Positions 1 to 11,300 of a stretch of DNA of 64,000 nt are shown here, in pieces. The stretch is taken from positions 70,804,001 through 70,868,000 of the forward strand of contig NC_058378.1 in assembly GCF_018350175.1 (NCBI RefSeq), in the 5' to 3' direction. The first letter of the stretch is position 1; every line of letters begins with the position of its first letter. Made by a program: the position numbers and the translations under genes. The notes under the pieces were generated by a model. It had not been told where the DNA came from. It was given only the letters and a program-made list of their open reading frames with translations, and did no database searches. This DNA is from Felis catus. Its lineage: Eukaryota.

Positions 1-957
1 TTGGTGCCTGGGAGCAGGAATGCTAAGTGCTCTGGGATATGCGGGACATCCCTACACATTGACCCAAAGGTCAGACGGATTTCCCCCCTGGAGATATACT
101 GGTCATCAAAAGTAGAACAAAAGGGCCACATACTTCCCAACTCATGTATTCTGGAGACCCCTTAATGCTTAGTGAGAGCTTCTCCTAAGACTGACTCACT
201 GGGCTATCATTGTTTCCTTTTGCCCAAGCCATAACACCTCGGCTGCAGATGCCATTCCCGACCCTTTGAATGGCACTCTGGACACAGTGGGTTCCAACAA
301 GGTCTGCTGAATTTGATGAACTAAATTGCGTCCCACCACTTCATGAGAGTACAAGCAAGGACCCAAACACATAAAATCTGAGAAGTAAAAGATACAAGCC
401 CGGACTAGACAGGAAAAAACAACAACGGTGTTCAGGAAGTGTGTTCACTGTCCATTCATGTGTTTGCTATCCCTTCCCCGATGGCTTCTACTTCCCCCCC
501 AACCCCACCCCTCCCCACCCGCCGGCCTGGCCAAGAATTCTGTACATACCCAAACACCAACTCTAGGCCTCCTGCTGATCACGTAACGGAGGAGAGCCAT
601 GACAAGTGACAGAAATGGGAAAGATGTGCCTCGGGGAGGCAGAAGTTACCACCCTGGAAGGTACGAGGGCCTTAAGGAATCTGCACGGAAGGCAGGGCCT
701 GCAGAGACAAAGCGTGGGCAGGGCCCTGGTGGGAAAGAGCCCAGAAATGGGGGGAGACAGGCTGGGAATGGCCTCACCAGGGCAGAATTGGGGGACATCT
801 TCTGAGGGTCTTTAGGCCCTTTCTGCTGGTTTGTGTTCGGCTTTTGAGTTTTAGGTGCGGGAGTTCACAAAAGGAGGACTCTGCGAATACCGAGTCAACA
901 AATAGCTATTACATGAGGGTCCTCGATACGAAAAGCCCAACTTGTCTTTGAAAAGCA

Positions 958-1199
958 TTTTTAATTGTGGCAAAACACACATAACGTAAAATCTACCATT
1001 GTCACCATTTTAAGTGCATATATCAGCGGTATTGAGTAGACTCACGCTGCCGGTGCAGCTGACGTCCAGAACCCTTCCATACTCGCTAAACAGCTCTCCC
1101 CATCCCCCTCCCTCCAGCCGCTGGCAGTCCCCACTCTCCCCTCCGTTTCTAGGAGGTTGACCTCATGGACGTGGAATCCTATAGTCTTTGTCTTTTTGT
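958..1199 (-). mobile_element. L1 3' end fragment (L1MA/L1MB-like), 5'-truncated
   Basis: ttttaattgtggcaaaacacacataacgtaaaatctacc...gtggaatcctatagtctttgtctttttgt matches the antisense 3' terminus of old mammalian L1. Degenerate TSD tgaaaagcattttt / tgaagagcat(gcat)tttt. Confidence 0.75.
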
Positions 1200-1580
1200 T
1201 GAAGAGCATGCATTTTTAAGTCCTCCTCTGTGTCTGTGATCGCGCGTGACCGTGAGATATGGGAGGGAGGGAAGTTTAAAACTGGGGTTGTCAGTTTGAA
1301 ATTGCCACCAATACTGTCAGCGAATCCGGGAAGAAGCCAGCCCTGGCGATGCCCCTCTCCCACCACCCAGGCCCATGGCAGAGATGCCCTCGTCCAAGCT
1401 TTGATTCTGGTCCTGACTTTCCTCCCTCCCCCCGTCCAAGACTGCTGGGACCAACTGTCACATTGGACCCCGGAACAAACTAATTCACACAAAGCTGCTA
1501 ATAGCTGACAATATAAGAAGTCACATTGTGTTTCAACATAAAGGACTAAATCTCTACGAGTGGAATTTCAGATGACAGCC

Positions 1581-1945
1581 TGCTATAGAGTGAATGTTTG
1601 TGTCCCCCCCACCCCCGACCCGCTGCCAAATCCCCATGTGGAAACCTACTCCCTATTGTGATGGTATTTTGGGAGATAATTGGCTTATAAAGGTGGAAGC
1701 CCTCATGAATGGGATTAGTGCCCTTATATAAGAGACATTAGAGCCCCCCCTGCTCCTTCTGTCATGTAAGGACCCTCCAAGGGGACAGTGGTCCGTGAAC
1801 CAGGAAACAGACTCTTATCAGACACTGAATCTGCCGGCACCTTGATCATGAGCTGCCCAGCTTCCACAACCGTGGGAAGTAAATGTTGTTTACAAGGCAC
1901 CCGGTCTATGGTATTCTGTGGCAGCAGCCAGAAGTGACTAAGACC
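1581..1945 (+). mobile_element. MaLR solo LTR (MLT1A-like)
   Basis: Starts tgctatagagtgaatgtttgtgtcccc, contains gccctcatgaatgggattagtgcccttata, ends gactaagac. 5-bp TSD cagcc/cagct. Confidence 0.85.
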
Positions 1946-2299
1946 CAGCTGTAGTTTGGTACAGGAGACCCCATCCACAGCAGCCCTTTGCACATCTACA
2001 CAAAGCAATGGGCTCCGTCTCTGGCCACCACTTTGCTTCTGTGGCGCTCAGATCTGAAACACTTTGCCTTGCTGATGCCTCCTAGGAAGAATTCACCTAC
2101 CGAGGCCAAGGTCAACTGGCAGAGCGCTTTCCAGCGATGTGACTTGCTGCCTCCCTGTGTTGGAGCAGGGCCACCACAATCAGCCTCTGCTGCCCAGGCA
2201 AGCTTCTAGAAGAACTAGGGAAACCACACTGAGTCGGGAGCCATCTATGGCACCAGGGGAAAGACCTCGGAATGCCAGCTCTTTGGGGCCACCGATCTA

Positions 2300-5150
2300 G
2301 AGACGCACTGTCTTAGCTGAGGTTCCAGAAGCAGAGCCTGGGACGGGGCCTGGAGACACGTGATTTACGGAGGGAGTTGGAGGAGGGCAGTGCAAGAATC
2401 GCTCTCAAGGAAAGGTGAGCCGTGACCTGAGGCACAAAGGCACTGGAGTGTTTGCAGGTGGCAGCCGCGCGGTCCTTTGGGGCAAGGGGCTGGCCTATTG
2501 TGCCCCCTGCGGTGGTGGGGCAAGCCTCCCCAGTGAGCAGATTGGCCGGCCCTGGTAAAAGGACACGGCTGGTTCTTCTGGGGGAACATTAACACCTGCG
2601 TGACTCATGTGTGCAAACCACCCACATGCTAGAAATCTGAAGTGGTTGCCCCTGGAAACAGTAATCAACTATGGTCCAATTATGGAGAGATTTCCCTGGC
2701 CACGAGGCAGCCGCGGTGAAGAACGACCCAGTGCGAGAACTCAGGCTGAGCTAAAGGTGCTGATGATTTACGTCAAGGGAACGCAGCCCTTACCTGCTAC
2801 ACGGGACGACATGGACCCGGCACTTTTTAAGAGAGAGGAAAAAAATACCTCGCTACACAACTTTACCGCCTGTGAAACCCACTATCATAAAATTCTCTGA
2901 TATGAATCAGCACCAGGCAGGCCTTGAAATATTTAGCATCTTCTTCGGAGATGTAATTACCACTGTGCTTTGTCCATCTGTGTTTGCTGTACCCTCTGGA
3001 CGGAACAGGACGTCGTTCTACTGATTTGGCAGATTTGTCCACCTGGCTTTTGAGCACTTGGTCATTTTTCCATCTGATGGCGAATGCCTCCCCCTCCCCC
3101 CAGCTTCCGCACGCAGGCCGGTCCCCCGCCCCCCACCTCATTGCTCCCCAGTCCAAGAGGAAAGCGCTAAGAGAACTCAACAGAGGAGGGCTGGTTTTCC
3201 CGTCGCTTGCCTGCCCTCTCTCTGATCCTTCCGGAAGACGCAATGGGCAAGCCACTGTGACGTTAGTAGGGGCAGCTCAGGAGCCCAGAAATGGCATATG
3301 CCTCGATGACGTACCCTGAGGGATAGCACCTGCTTGTTGACAGAGTGGGTGGGCCCGAGTGAGGCGTGGACGGGCAGAGCGGGGACGGGCCAGCTGGGAG
3401 GCCTGGGTGCGAGCGCAGCTGGCTGGCAGAAAGGAACGGCCACTGACATCCGGTGGAGCTTGAATCTGACCTTCTAACCTGATGAGTCATCTCCTCTGGG
3501 TTTCCCTTGGTTTCTGGCAGGATTTGTAATCATCAAGGTAGCCCTCATTTCAAGGAAGTACCTTCTTTATTTCGTTATGGCTGAACACGGTATCAATGAA
3601 TGGCTTGCCCAACCCAGAAATTCCAGTGACGAGACTATGCCCTTCAGGGTGGGGTGCACCCCTCCGCCTCCTTCAGCCCGTGTACACACGTGCCTTAGTC
3701 CCCAGGAGTCAGCCTCTGTGGGGGAGTTTCCAGCGCTGGGGCCCAGCCGAGAAGAGTCTAGACCCCCTGATCGTATGAAAGAAACGAGTTGCTCCTCTGC
3801 CAAAGTGCATTGCCTCCTCTGTCCCAGGGTCCCTGCAGTGCTCTCCACGCTCTGGAGTGGGAAGTGTCGGGACCGGCAGGGATGGGGACATGGTCCGGCA
3901 CAAGGGGCTTCCCGCTTGCTTTTGTTCAGCCGTCTTCAAACCGAGGCAGAACGCAAGCAGGGGGCCAATCAGGCTGGTGCAGGGGGGACAGCTGGCTCCC
4001 TGCTCGCTCAACTACCTTCGTCCACAGGCCCCGAGGGAGCTGCCTGGAACACGCTGGAATCCCCAGAGCCTTTTGGAGACCACTGATCCCGTGCCACACC
4101 ATCTTCTGCACGTGAAAACAATAAATAAATAAATCCGGGCCTAAACAGGAAAACAAGTAACACAGCAGGTCCGTGGGGGAGCTGGGCCTGAGACCCTCCC
4201 CAGTCCCCAGGCAGATGGCCTGTCCCATAAGCATGAGAAGGCTCCCACTGGAGCCACACCCCTTCCCACGTCAACCCCTCTCCTCAGTCACTGCTCAGCG
4301 CTGAATTCCAGGCAGGGTTTTTGTTGTTCCCAGACTCGGGTCTCTGCCTCTTCAGCCCCTCTGGCCCCCGGCTCCATCCATGTGTGTCCTGGGAGGGAGG
4401 AGCCCAGGCTGGGGCACAGGCTGTTTGCCTTGTTGAGGCACAGGGCTAGCGTGACTTCCTTTGTTTGATGTTGCTAAGCTATCAGAAAAAAAAAAAAAGT
4501 AATAATAATAATAAGTAATAATAATAATAATAAACCCACAGCTCCACAATGACGTTTTAGGTCTCCCGGGCCACGGGGGCTGAGGCTGGGTGACAAGACC
4601 ACGGGGCAGAAGACAGCAGTGTTGTGACCAGAAGACAGACAAACGGCAAGGGAATGACATTAACCTTCTGGGAGCTTCCGGTTCTGTCCCGTCCCCTCAA
4701 CGGCATTTCTCACCTCGGGAAATGGGCAGGGCTCGTGCCTCCGGTCTCTCCTCTTCTGTCTTCTTCTCTCTGCGATCTTACCCCCTGCCTCTGCCCTCTG
4801 TCGCTCATTTTCTCTCCTTGCGTCTTTCACTCACTCATTCTTTATGGCTGTCCCTACACGTGTCTGTGTCTCTGTCTTTTTCTGTGGGCTCTCTTTTCCT
4901 GCTAGGCTTCCTCTCTCCGTCTCTGTCTCGTTTTCCCTTCGGTGGCACGTGGGATCGCACACACGCGCATGCGTGCACAGGTAATACACACACGCCCTCG
5001 CGCAATTCATATTCCCGGATACAAAGACACGTCCCACCCGGTTCACGCGCGTACACGGTCCCGCCCGGTTCACACTCACACAGACTCACACAAACACACA
5101 CTCCCTCACCCCCTCCCTCTCTAGCCTAGCTACGTGAGTTCAGAGAAACG
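2300..5150. promoter_or_regulatory. Repeat-poor, GC/CpG-enriched promoter- or enhancer-like region
   Basis: No recognisable transposon over ~3 kb. AP-1 sites gtgactcat (~2600) and atgagtcat (~3482), CCAAT boxes (attgg 2541, ccaat ~3965), NRF1-like gcgcatgcgt (~4966), and several minus-strand splice donors. Motif reading only. Confidence 0.4.
4486..4533. repeat. poly(A) plus (TAA)n microsatellite
   Basis: A-run followed by gtaataataataataagtaataataataataataaa. Confidence 0.95.
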
Positions 5151-5220
5151 CCAGCTCGTCCCCACAGCCTTACTGACCCCTCTTTGTGTTAAGAGCGGTT
5201 AGTAACCATAGGGGTGGCGC

Positions 5221-5349
5221 AGTTAATCAAATAGGTCCTCGGGGGGCTAGGACCAATAAGCTGGGAGGCCTTGGCTATAAAGCCGGTTCCAGCCACACCA
5301 CCCCCTGGAAAGGGGCCTCCTGTCTCAGTCATCTGAGCAGGTGGTGAGT
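5221..5349 (+). promoter_or_regulatory. Candidate core promoter with a short non-coding first exon
   Basis: GTTAAT HNF1-like half site (5222), CCAAT (5253-5257), TATAAA (5276-5281), splice donor GTG|GTGAGT (5343/5344). CCAAT-TATA spacing is tighter than usual. Confidence 0.3.
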
Positions 5350-6554
5350 TTGGCTGCTGCAACCAGACTGAGAAATGGAACATCTCGTATGCCTTTTTGA
5401 AGATGGTCGTGGTTGGAGCCTGGAGGCCTGTGCTGGGTTAGATTTTCCGAGACTGGATTTAGAAAGGAAATATTGTTTTGAGAAAGGAAACCATAATCAC
5501 GCTGGTTTGTTTGGGCGGTGGCTCTAGTCTTGTTTAAAGGACCCCCCAGGAGAGGCACTGGGGTTGCTATTTAAGTCGAAAGCAAGAGGGTAGATTCACC
5601 AGGTCAAGGAACAGAGAGAGACTAAGGGATTCTGAGTTTTCCCCATGGCCCTGTTACAGATCGCCTGCTTGACAAGCTGGCCAGTTAACTTCCTGCGTTA
5701 CTTAGCGTCATCATGCCAACGGCCCGATAAGGATGACACGATTAACTACAAAGTTTGTGCACAAAATTCATTATCAGGGCCGAAAGGTAACACGCAGGAA
5801 ACTGCAAAAATATTTTTATTTCCTTTTAATGTATTCAAGGCAAACGTATGATTTAGAATTCCCTTTTGCACGCTAGCCTGGGGCCGATTATTTTGAAGGC
5901 AAGTAGCCACACAGCTATAGGACAGGGGTACCTGAGCAGAAGATCAGGAAAGGTCATCTGGCCAGAATAAGGAAGGTGGGACAGAATATTCAAAAGTGGA
6001 ATCATTCCAGAAAATCTGCCACATACGGTCTTTTTCCAGTACTTAGCCACAACGGTGATGCCATAGTATTGGGTAGGAACTAATGCTCAAAATAGGAAAT
6101 CCTCCCACGCGGCGCAAAAATGTTAAATAAAGTTTAATGTATTCTGCTTAAGTAGAAAAGAATATATAAGTATATACCCATGTAGATGAAGAAATATTTA
6201 TGTGTATGTATATATATAATATAGATCTCTGATTTATAAAGACATTCATCTCCCCTAAGGGTAAAATGTTAAACTTGAATGTTCAACTTAAAATGTGAAA
6301 TTTTAAACTTCCTAAAAGTGAAAAACGCTCATCTTACAAAATGGTTAAAATAAAAAACATTTGGGGTCTCACATGAGTAAATCCTCAGCCATTCGGAGAA
6401 ACTCTGTTATCACCTTGACAAATTTTGCAGGAGCCCCAGGTAGCTGAGATCTCCCCATTACGTGATTTATAAACAATTCTCAAGTGCCTAGTTATTATGA
6501 AGAATTGGTTGTCTTTGTATCTTTTGAGGGCATGCCCATCTGGACCAGGGCGGT

Positions 6555-7085
6555 CTACCAGTCACCTAATGCCGCTGTAACAAATTACAACAAACTTAGT
6601 GACTGAAAACAACACGCGCATTGCATTATCTTATGCTTCTGTGGGTCAAAAGCCTAAAATGGGTCATGCTGAGCTAAATTCAAGGTGTTGGCAAGACTGA
6701 GTTCCTCTCTGTAGATGCTAAGGAAGAAACCGATTCCTTGCCTTTTCTTAGCTTCCAGAAGCTGCCCACACTCCTTGGCTCATGGCCCCCTTCCTCCATC
6801 TTCAAAACCGGTAACGCTGGGCTGAGTCCTTCCCCCATTATATCCATCTCGCCCCTTCCTTCCGCAGTCACATCCCCTCCGCACAGACAGGGAATGTTCT
6901 CTGTTTTTAAAGGATCCATGTGATCAGATTGGACTCACCTGGATAATTCAGAAAAATCTCTCCATCTCCCCAATCCTTAATCTCATTTGAAAGTCCCTTT
7001 TGCCTAGTAAGGTAATACATTCATAGGTTCCAGGGATTCAGTAGTAGATATCATTGTGGGCAGGTAGCGGCCCGGATTCTAGACC
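6555..7085 (-). mobile_element. MaLR solo LTR (MLT1C/D-like)
   Basis: gctgtaacaaattacaacaaacttagtgactgaaaacaac...tcaaggtgttggcaagactg...aagtcccttttgcc...ggttccagggatt is antisense MLT1. Confidence 0.85.
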
Positions 7086-7131
7086 TGGAATTAACACAGA
7101 TTCGTTGAAACTTAAGAAATGTCAACACGCA

Positions 7132-7535
7132 GGGGCACCTGCGTGACTCAGTCAGTTAAGTGGCCAACTCTTTTTTTTTTTTTAATGTTTATTTTTGAGA
7201 CCGAGAGAGACAGAGCATGAATGGGGGAGGGTCAGAGAGAGAGGGAGACACAGAATCCGAAGCGGGCTCCAGGCTCTGAGCTGTCAGCACAGAGCCTGAC
7301 ACAGGGCTCGAACCCACGAACCGCAATATCATGACCTGAGCTGAAGTCGGACACTTAACTGACTGAGCCCCGCCAGGCGCCCCTGTGGCCAACTCTTGAT
7401 TTCTGCTCAGGTCATGATCTCACGGTACATGAGATTGAGTCCCGTGTCGGGCCCATCCTCTGCCCATCCTCCCTTACTCTCTTTCTCTCTCTGTCTCTCT
7501 CAAAATAGATAAAACACATTAAAAAAAAGAAAGAA
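7132..7535 (+). mobile_element. Can-SINE (older copy) interrupted by a second SINE
   Basis: Head ggggcacctgcgtgactcagtcagttaag at 7132-7172; body resumes at 7385 and runs to the (CT)n/A tail. Degenerate TSD aagaaatgtcaacacgc / aaggaatatcagcatgc. Confidence 0.9.
7173..7384 (-). mobile_element. Can-SINE (SINEC_Fc-like) nested in another SINE
   Basis: Full antisense SINE with a perfect 13-bp TSD gtggccaactctt (7160-7172, 7385-7397). Confidence 0.95.
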
Positions 7536-9552
7536 AGGAATATCAGCATGCTAGAGCAAGACCTGGAATTGCTCTGAACTTTTGCTTTCTCCTCTGATCA
7601 AATAAAAAAAATGGGAGGAGTCTTCTACTTGAGTGACTGTGTCAGACAGCAATCTGGGACTGTCACACTCCTAAAGCATGGCGTGAAAACCTGGAACGAG
7701 GCTGTTTGCGGTGTCCTGGGGGAAGGAGGGTACAGAGGAAGCTCCGTGCATGTCAGAGCACGTGATAAACAACCAGCTTCTGACAGAACAGCTACGGGAC
7801 CAATATGCCAGGCTTGACATCTTTGAGCAAAGTTGTAGAGTGGACTGGCCTGCATTTCAGGAGACTCAGGTTCTCATGCAGTAAGTAAGGGACTAATGCT
7901 AGGGGGTAAGGAGAAAACCAAGATGATCGATACCCTTGAATCTCTGGATAGAAGCTATATTCAGTTCTGTGAAATATCACACACGTGCATAACACAGATG
8001 CACGGCAGGATGAAACAGGGGCTACAACTCCAGGAAGAATATGCTAGAAGGCTCATGCCATGGTCTTTCTGGGCCATTTTGTGTCTCTCCTAGAAACGAA
8101 GCTGTCCCTGTTTGAGGGACAGCTCAGACAAACTGAGAAGGTCAAGGATTTCCCCTAAGTCTGCCTTATTTCTCTCTAATAGTCTGTTACGGTTCTCTCT
8201 TGCTTTATTTTCATCTCATTTTAAAAAATCGAATGCAGTTGTTAGACCTTTCAGAATCCCGCAAAGGACGCAGAGTGAATGTGGTGCTTTTTCCTTAAAT
8301 AACATAGAAAGAAGTTTGTGAGACACCTTTTGTCTTTGTTCCCACTTGGGATGAGGATGAACTTGCAATCTGCCCCCCCAGGGATAAGGAGGCTCTGGTG
8401 AGGCCCATGTTTTTTGACCTCAGTGTTGGCAACCATGACTGGTACCCAACTGTCCAGGTGTTTCTATAGTGCCTACTGTGTTCTTAGCGGTGTGATTATT
8501 CACCACGTGAGAATGGGATTTTCAGCATGGAGATGTCGTAGCGTTTGGGTTTGGGTTTTTGTTTTTTTTTTTTGGCTCATTCAAACTGATGCAACGATAT
8601 AAAAATAAAGACCCAGCGAACAGTTTGTGGGTCGAAGGTGAGTGGGAGCAGAGGTGTGGAGGAGGATGAGAATTTCAAATACCTTACAGAGAATGACGAC
8701 ATGAGAGGGATGGTTGGTAGTACAAGAAATGGAGATCTAGGCACACGTTTGAAGTCGTGGAGACAACTGCTAGAGGGACCGAGGTTGGTGTGTTTATTTG
8801 GCAGGGAGGAAGGGGTGGGGCGGGGGGGTGGGGACAGCCGTGGAAATGGGGATGGCATGGGTGGAGCTAGTGTATGGGAACTCCACATCTCTCAAGGCAG
8901 GAAGTCAACAGACGAGGTCTATCAGTTGATACAATGAGATAGGGAAATAACCACCAGAAGCAAAAAAACCCAGAAGTGAGTGAATGCAATAGTTCTCGGG
9001 AGCAGGACTGGAGTTGTGGAAAGTTGAGCATAGGCCCCATGCTCTTCACGCTAAGAGCCCTTCTACCCCAAGCGATTTTCTAAATACCAATGTGTATGTG
9101 TCATCCGAGGGGAAAAGATGTTACGCAAATTAACGCGATGAAGTCTCCCTATTATTCTTACAATATTCTACTAGAGGGATTGAATTCTTTTTAGGAGAAT
9201 GATGCCACGATCGTAAATATTAGCGCCACACGTAGAGCATAGGTATCATAGGTGTGTCTATCTATGCAGGTATATAGATCTTAATTACTACACTGAGTTT
9301 TTTTCATTCTTTGCCAACATTTCATGATAAAAATTTTCCAACATGTAACAAAGTCGAAGAAATTTGACAGTGACCCCTCATAAACCCACCACCTAGATTC
9401 CACCATTAATATTTTATTACGCTTGTTTTATCAGCTCTCTGTCCACTTCTGCATTTCCCCATCTGTCAATCTGTCTTGGGTTTTTGAGGCGTTTATTACA
9501 CTGATTTTCTTATTGTGGTAAACAACATATGGCATAAAATGTATTGTCTTAA

Positions 9553-9670
9553 TTTCTTTAATTTGTTTAATGTTTATTTATTTTTGATAGAGAGGGAGAC
9601 AGAGCACGAGCGGGGGAAAGGCAGAGAGAGAGGGAGACACAGAATCCGAGGCAGGCTCCAGGCTCTGTGC
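9553..9670 (-). mobile_element. Can-SINE, 3' half only
   Basis: tttaatgtttatttattttt...gagggagacacagaatccgaggcaggctccaggctctg; the head is missing. Confidence 0.9.
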
Positions 9671-9851
9671 TTCAGCTCAGGTCATGATCTCATGGTTCAC
9701 GAGTTCGAGCCCCACGTTAGGCTCTGTGCTGACAGCTCAGAGCCTGGAGCCTAGTTCAGATCCTGTGTCCCTCTCTCTCCACTCGCACTGTCTTTCTCTC
9801 TCTCAAAAATAAATACAACTTTTTAAAAAAAAAAGAAAAAAGGAAAAAAAA
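9670..9851 (+). mobile_element. Can-SINE lacking its first ~35 nt
   Basis: cttcagctcaggtcatgatctcatggttcacgagttcgagcccc (B box)...aaataaata and A tail. Confidence 0.9.
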
Positions 9852-11089
9852 TGGTAGTAGCCATCCTAATGGAGGTGAAGTGGTTACTACATTGACGTAT
9901 TTTTCAGTTAACCGTGATCACGGTAAGTGAGAAAACGGGATTCCCAGGAGAAATTGCAAAGCTAATGACTAGACAAAGCTAGACAATTCTAAGTAAAAAA
10001 AATTTCCTTAGCAGTGGATGGTAAGTGAGGAAGCTCTGAGGGCAAATCTGGGGATGGAATTTCTCTTCCCAGTAAATTGGGAAGAGAATTTTCTTTTATT
10101 TCTTATCTCTTTTATTAAGTCAGTGTCAGGGCACAGGTCAGTCCAAAAGGCTACCTTGTAACCACCGCGGGTGCTAAGAAAGAAAATTCTTTCTATGTAT
10201 TAATAGTCAGATTATGCACCTGGCCAAACCAAAGTTCACTTGTTCCGTATCCTGAATTTTCCAACTGATTCGGAACCATGGGGGGTAGGGGGGAGGTGGT
10301 CCTTGCAGTGTCTTTCCCAGATGAAGGCTTTGTTCTCTGGTGAAAACATCTTACAGATTAAAAATCTCTGTTGTTGAGCCAAAGTGACCGTTTCGGGCTC
10401 CTGGAACCTTTGATTTCATTTTCCATATATCGAAATGTATGTCCCTCCGCTAGACAGACATTTTCCTTCTGGTTCCATTTGTGCAGCTAGCCTGGTGATC
10501 ACCTTTTTTACTTAACTCACCAAGAACTCAGAGACTGGAGTGCACTCAGGCCTCATCGCATTACTACCTGAGAGTTGCATTACGGCAGACTGATCTAGGA
10601 CTAAACCTGACCTTGGGGTATTTGTGAAGCAGGTAAGGAGATTAGCAAACAGAAACCTTAAGAACGACTAATCCATTTCCACACAACTGCCATGGCGGTT
10701 GCTCTACAAAGACAACTCTGAGAATGATTTCTTGCTCGTTTCTAGCCCTGCGCTTGCATTTGTGGCCCAATCAAGAGGCTGGAGACGACGGCGTATGTGG
10801 GAAAGCAGGTGATTACCACTCTTCAGACACTATGCGACACTCAGTCAACCCTGACATGGCAGCGAGTGGGTAATCCCACCATACTTGGCTGATCTTGACT
10901 AATCCTCTCTCTAGATTGTGTTTCCTTGCCAGGTCACAGCCGTCATCTAATTAGCATCTTCAAGATTTTTCTACCCCCTAAATGGACCCCTTGGGGGTAC
11001 CACATACACGGGCAGGCTTGATCGAGAACCAAGGCGTTTGCTTATGATACCCTTCTTCTCTTTGATTTCTAAACACACTAATATTACTT

Positions 11090-11300
11090 AGCCAACAGAG
11101 CACTTACCATATAGTCCCAACTCTACGCAAAGCATTTTAGCAGCGAGACCTCATTTAATTTTCACTGTTTTACGAAAGAGGCCCTTATCATTCCCACGTA
11201 GATAGGCAAAGTGAGGCTTAGAGAGGTTACGAGGCTTGCCTGTGGGGAGCTGGGATTTGAACCCAGTTCTGTCTGAGTCTGGAGCAGACCTTTTGCCCAC
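11090..11300 (-). mobile_element. MIR
   Basis: ctcatttaattttcac...gtgaggcttagagaggttac...gctgggatttgaacccag is antisense MIR core. Confidence 0.75.

Larger units (their letters stand above)
9505..9895 (-). mobile_element. L1MA/MB remnant in two pieces (9505-9552, 9856-9894) flanking a fused SINE pair
   Basis: Left piece is the antisense L1 3' terminus. Right piece tagccatcctaatggaggtgaagtgg is antisense ORF2-end sequence, as at 56017-56052. Confidence 0.65.

Noticed and set aside
3577-4086. 169-aa ORF and overlapping ORFs on both strands
   Set aside because: GC-rich DNA open in several frames with no recognisable homology; expected by chance.
4590-5129. Longest ORF (179 aa)
   Set aside because: Starts at GTG and is low-complexity S/L/H/T translation of CT- and CA-rich tracts; no domain recognised.
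8812-8833. G-quadruplex-capable G-runs (also C-runs at ~493-522)
   Set aside because: Common motif with no functional context visible.
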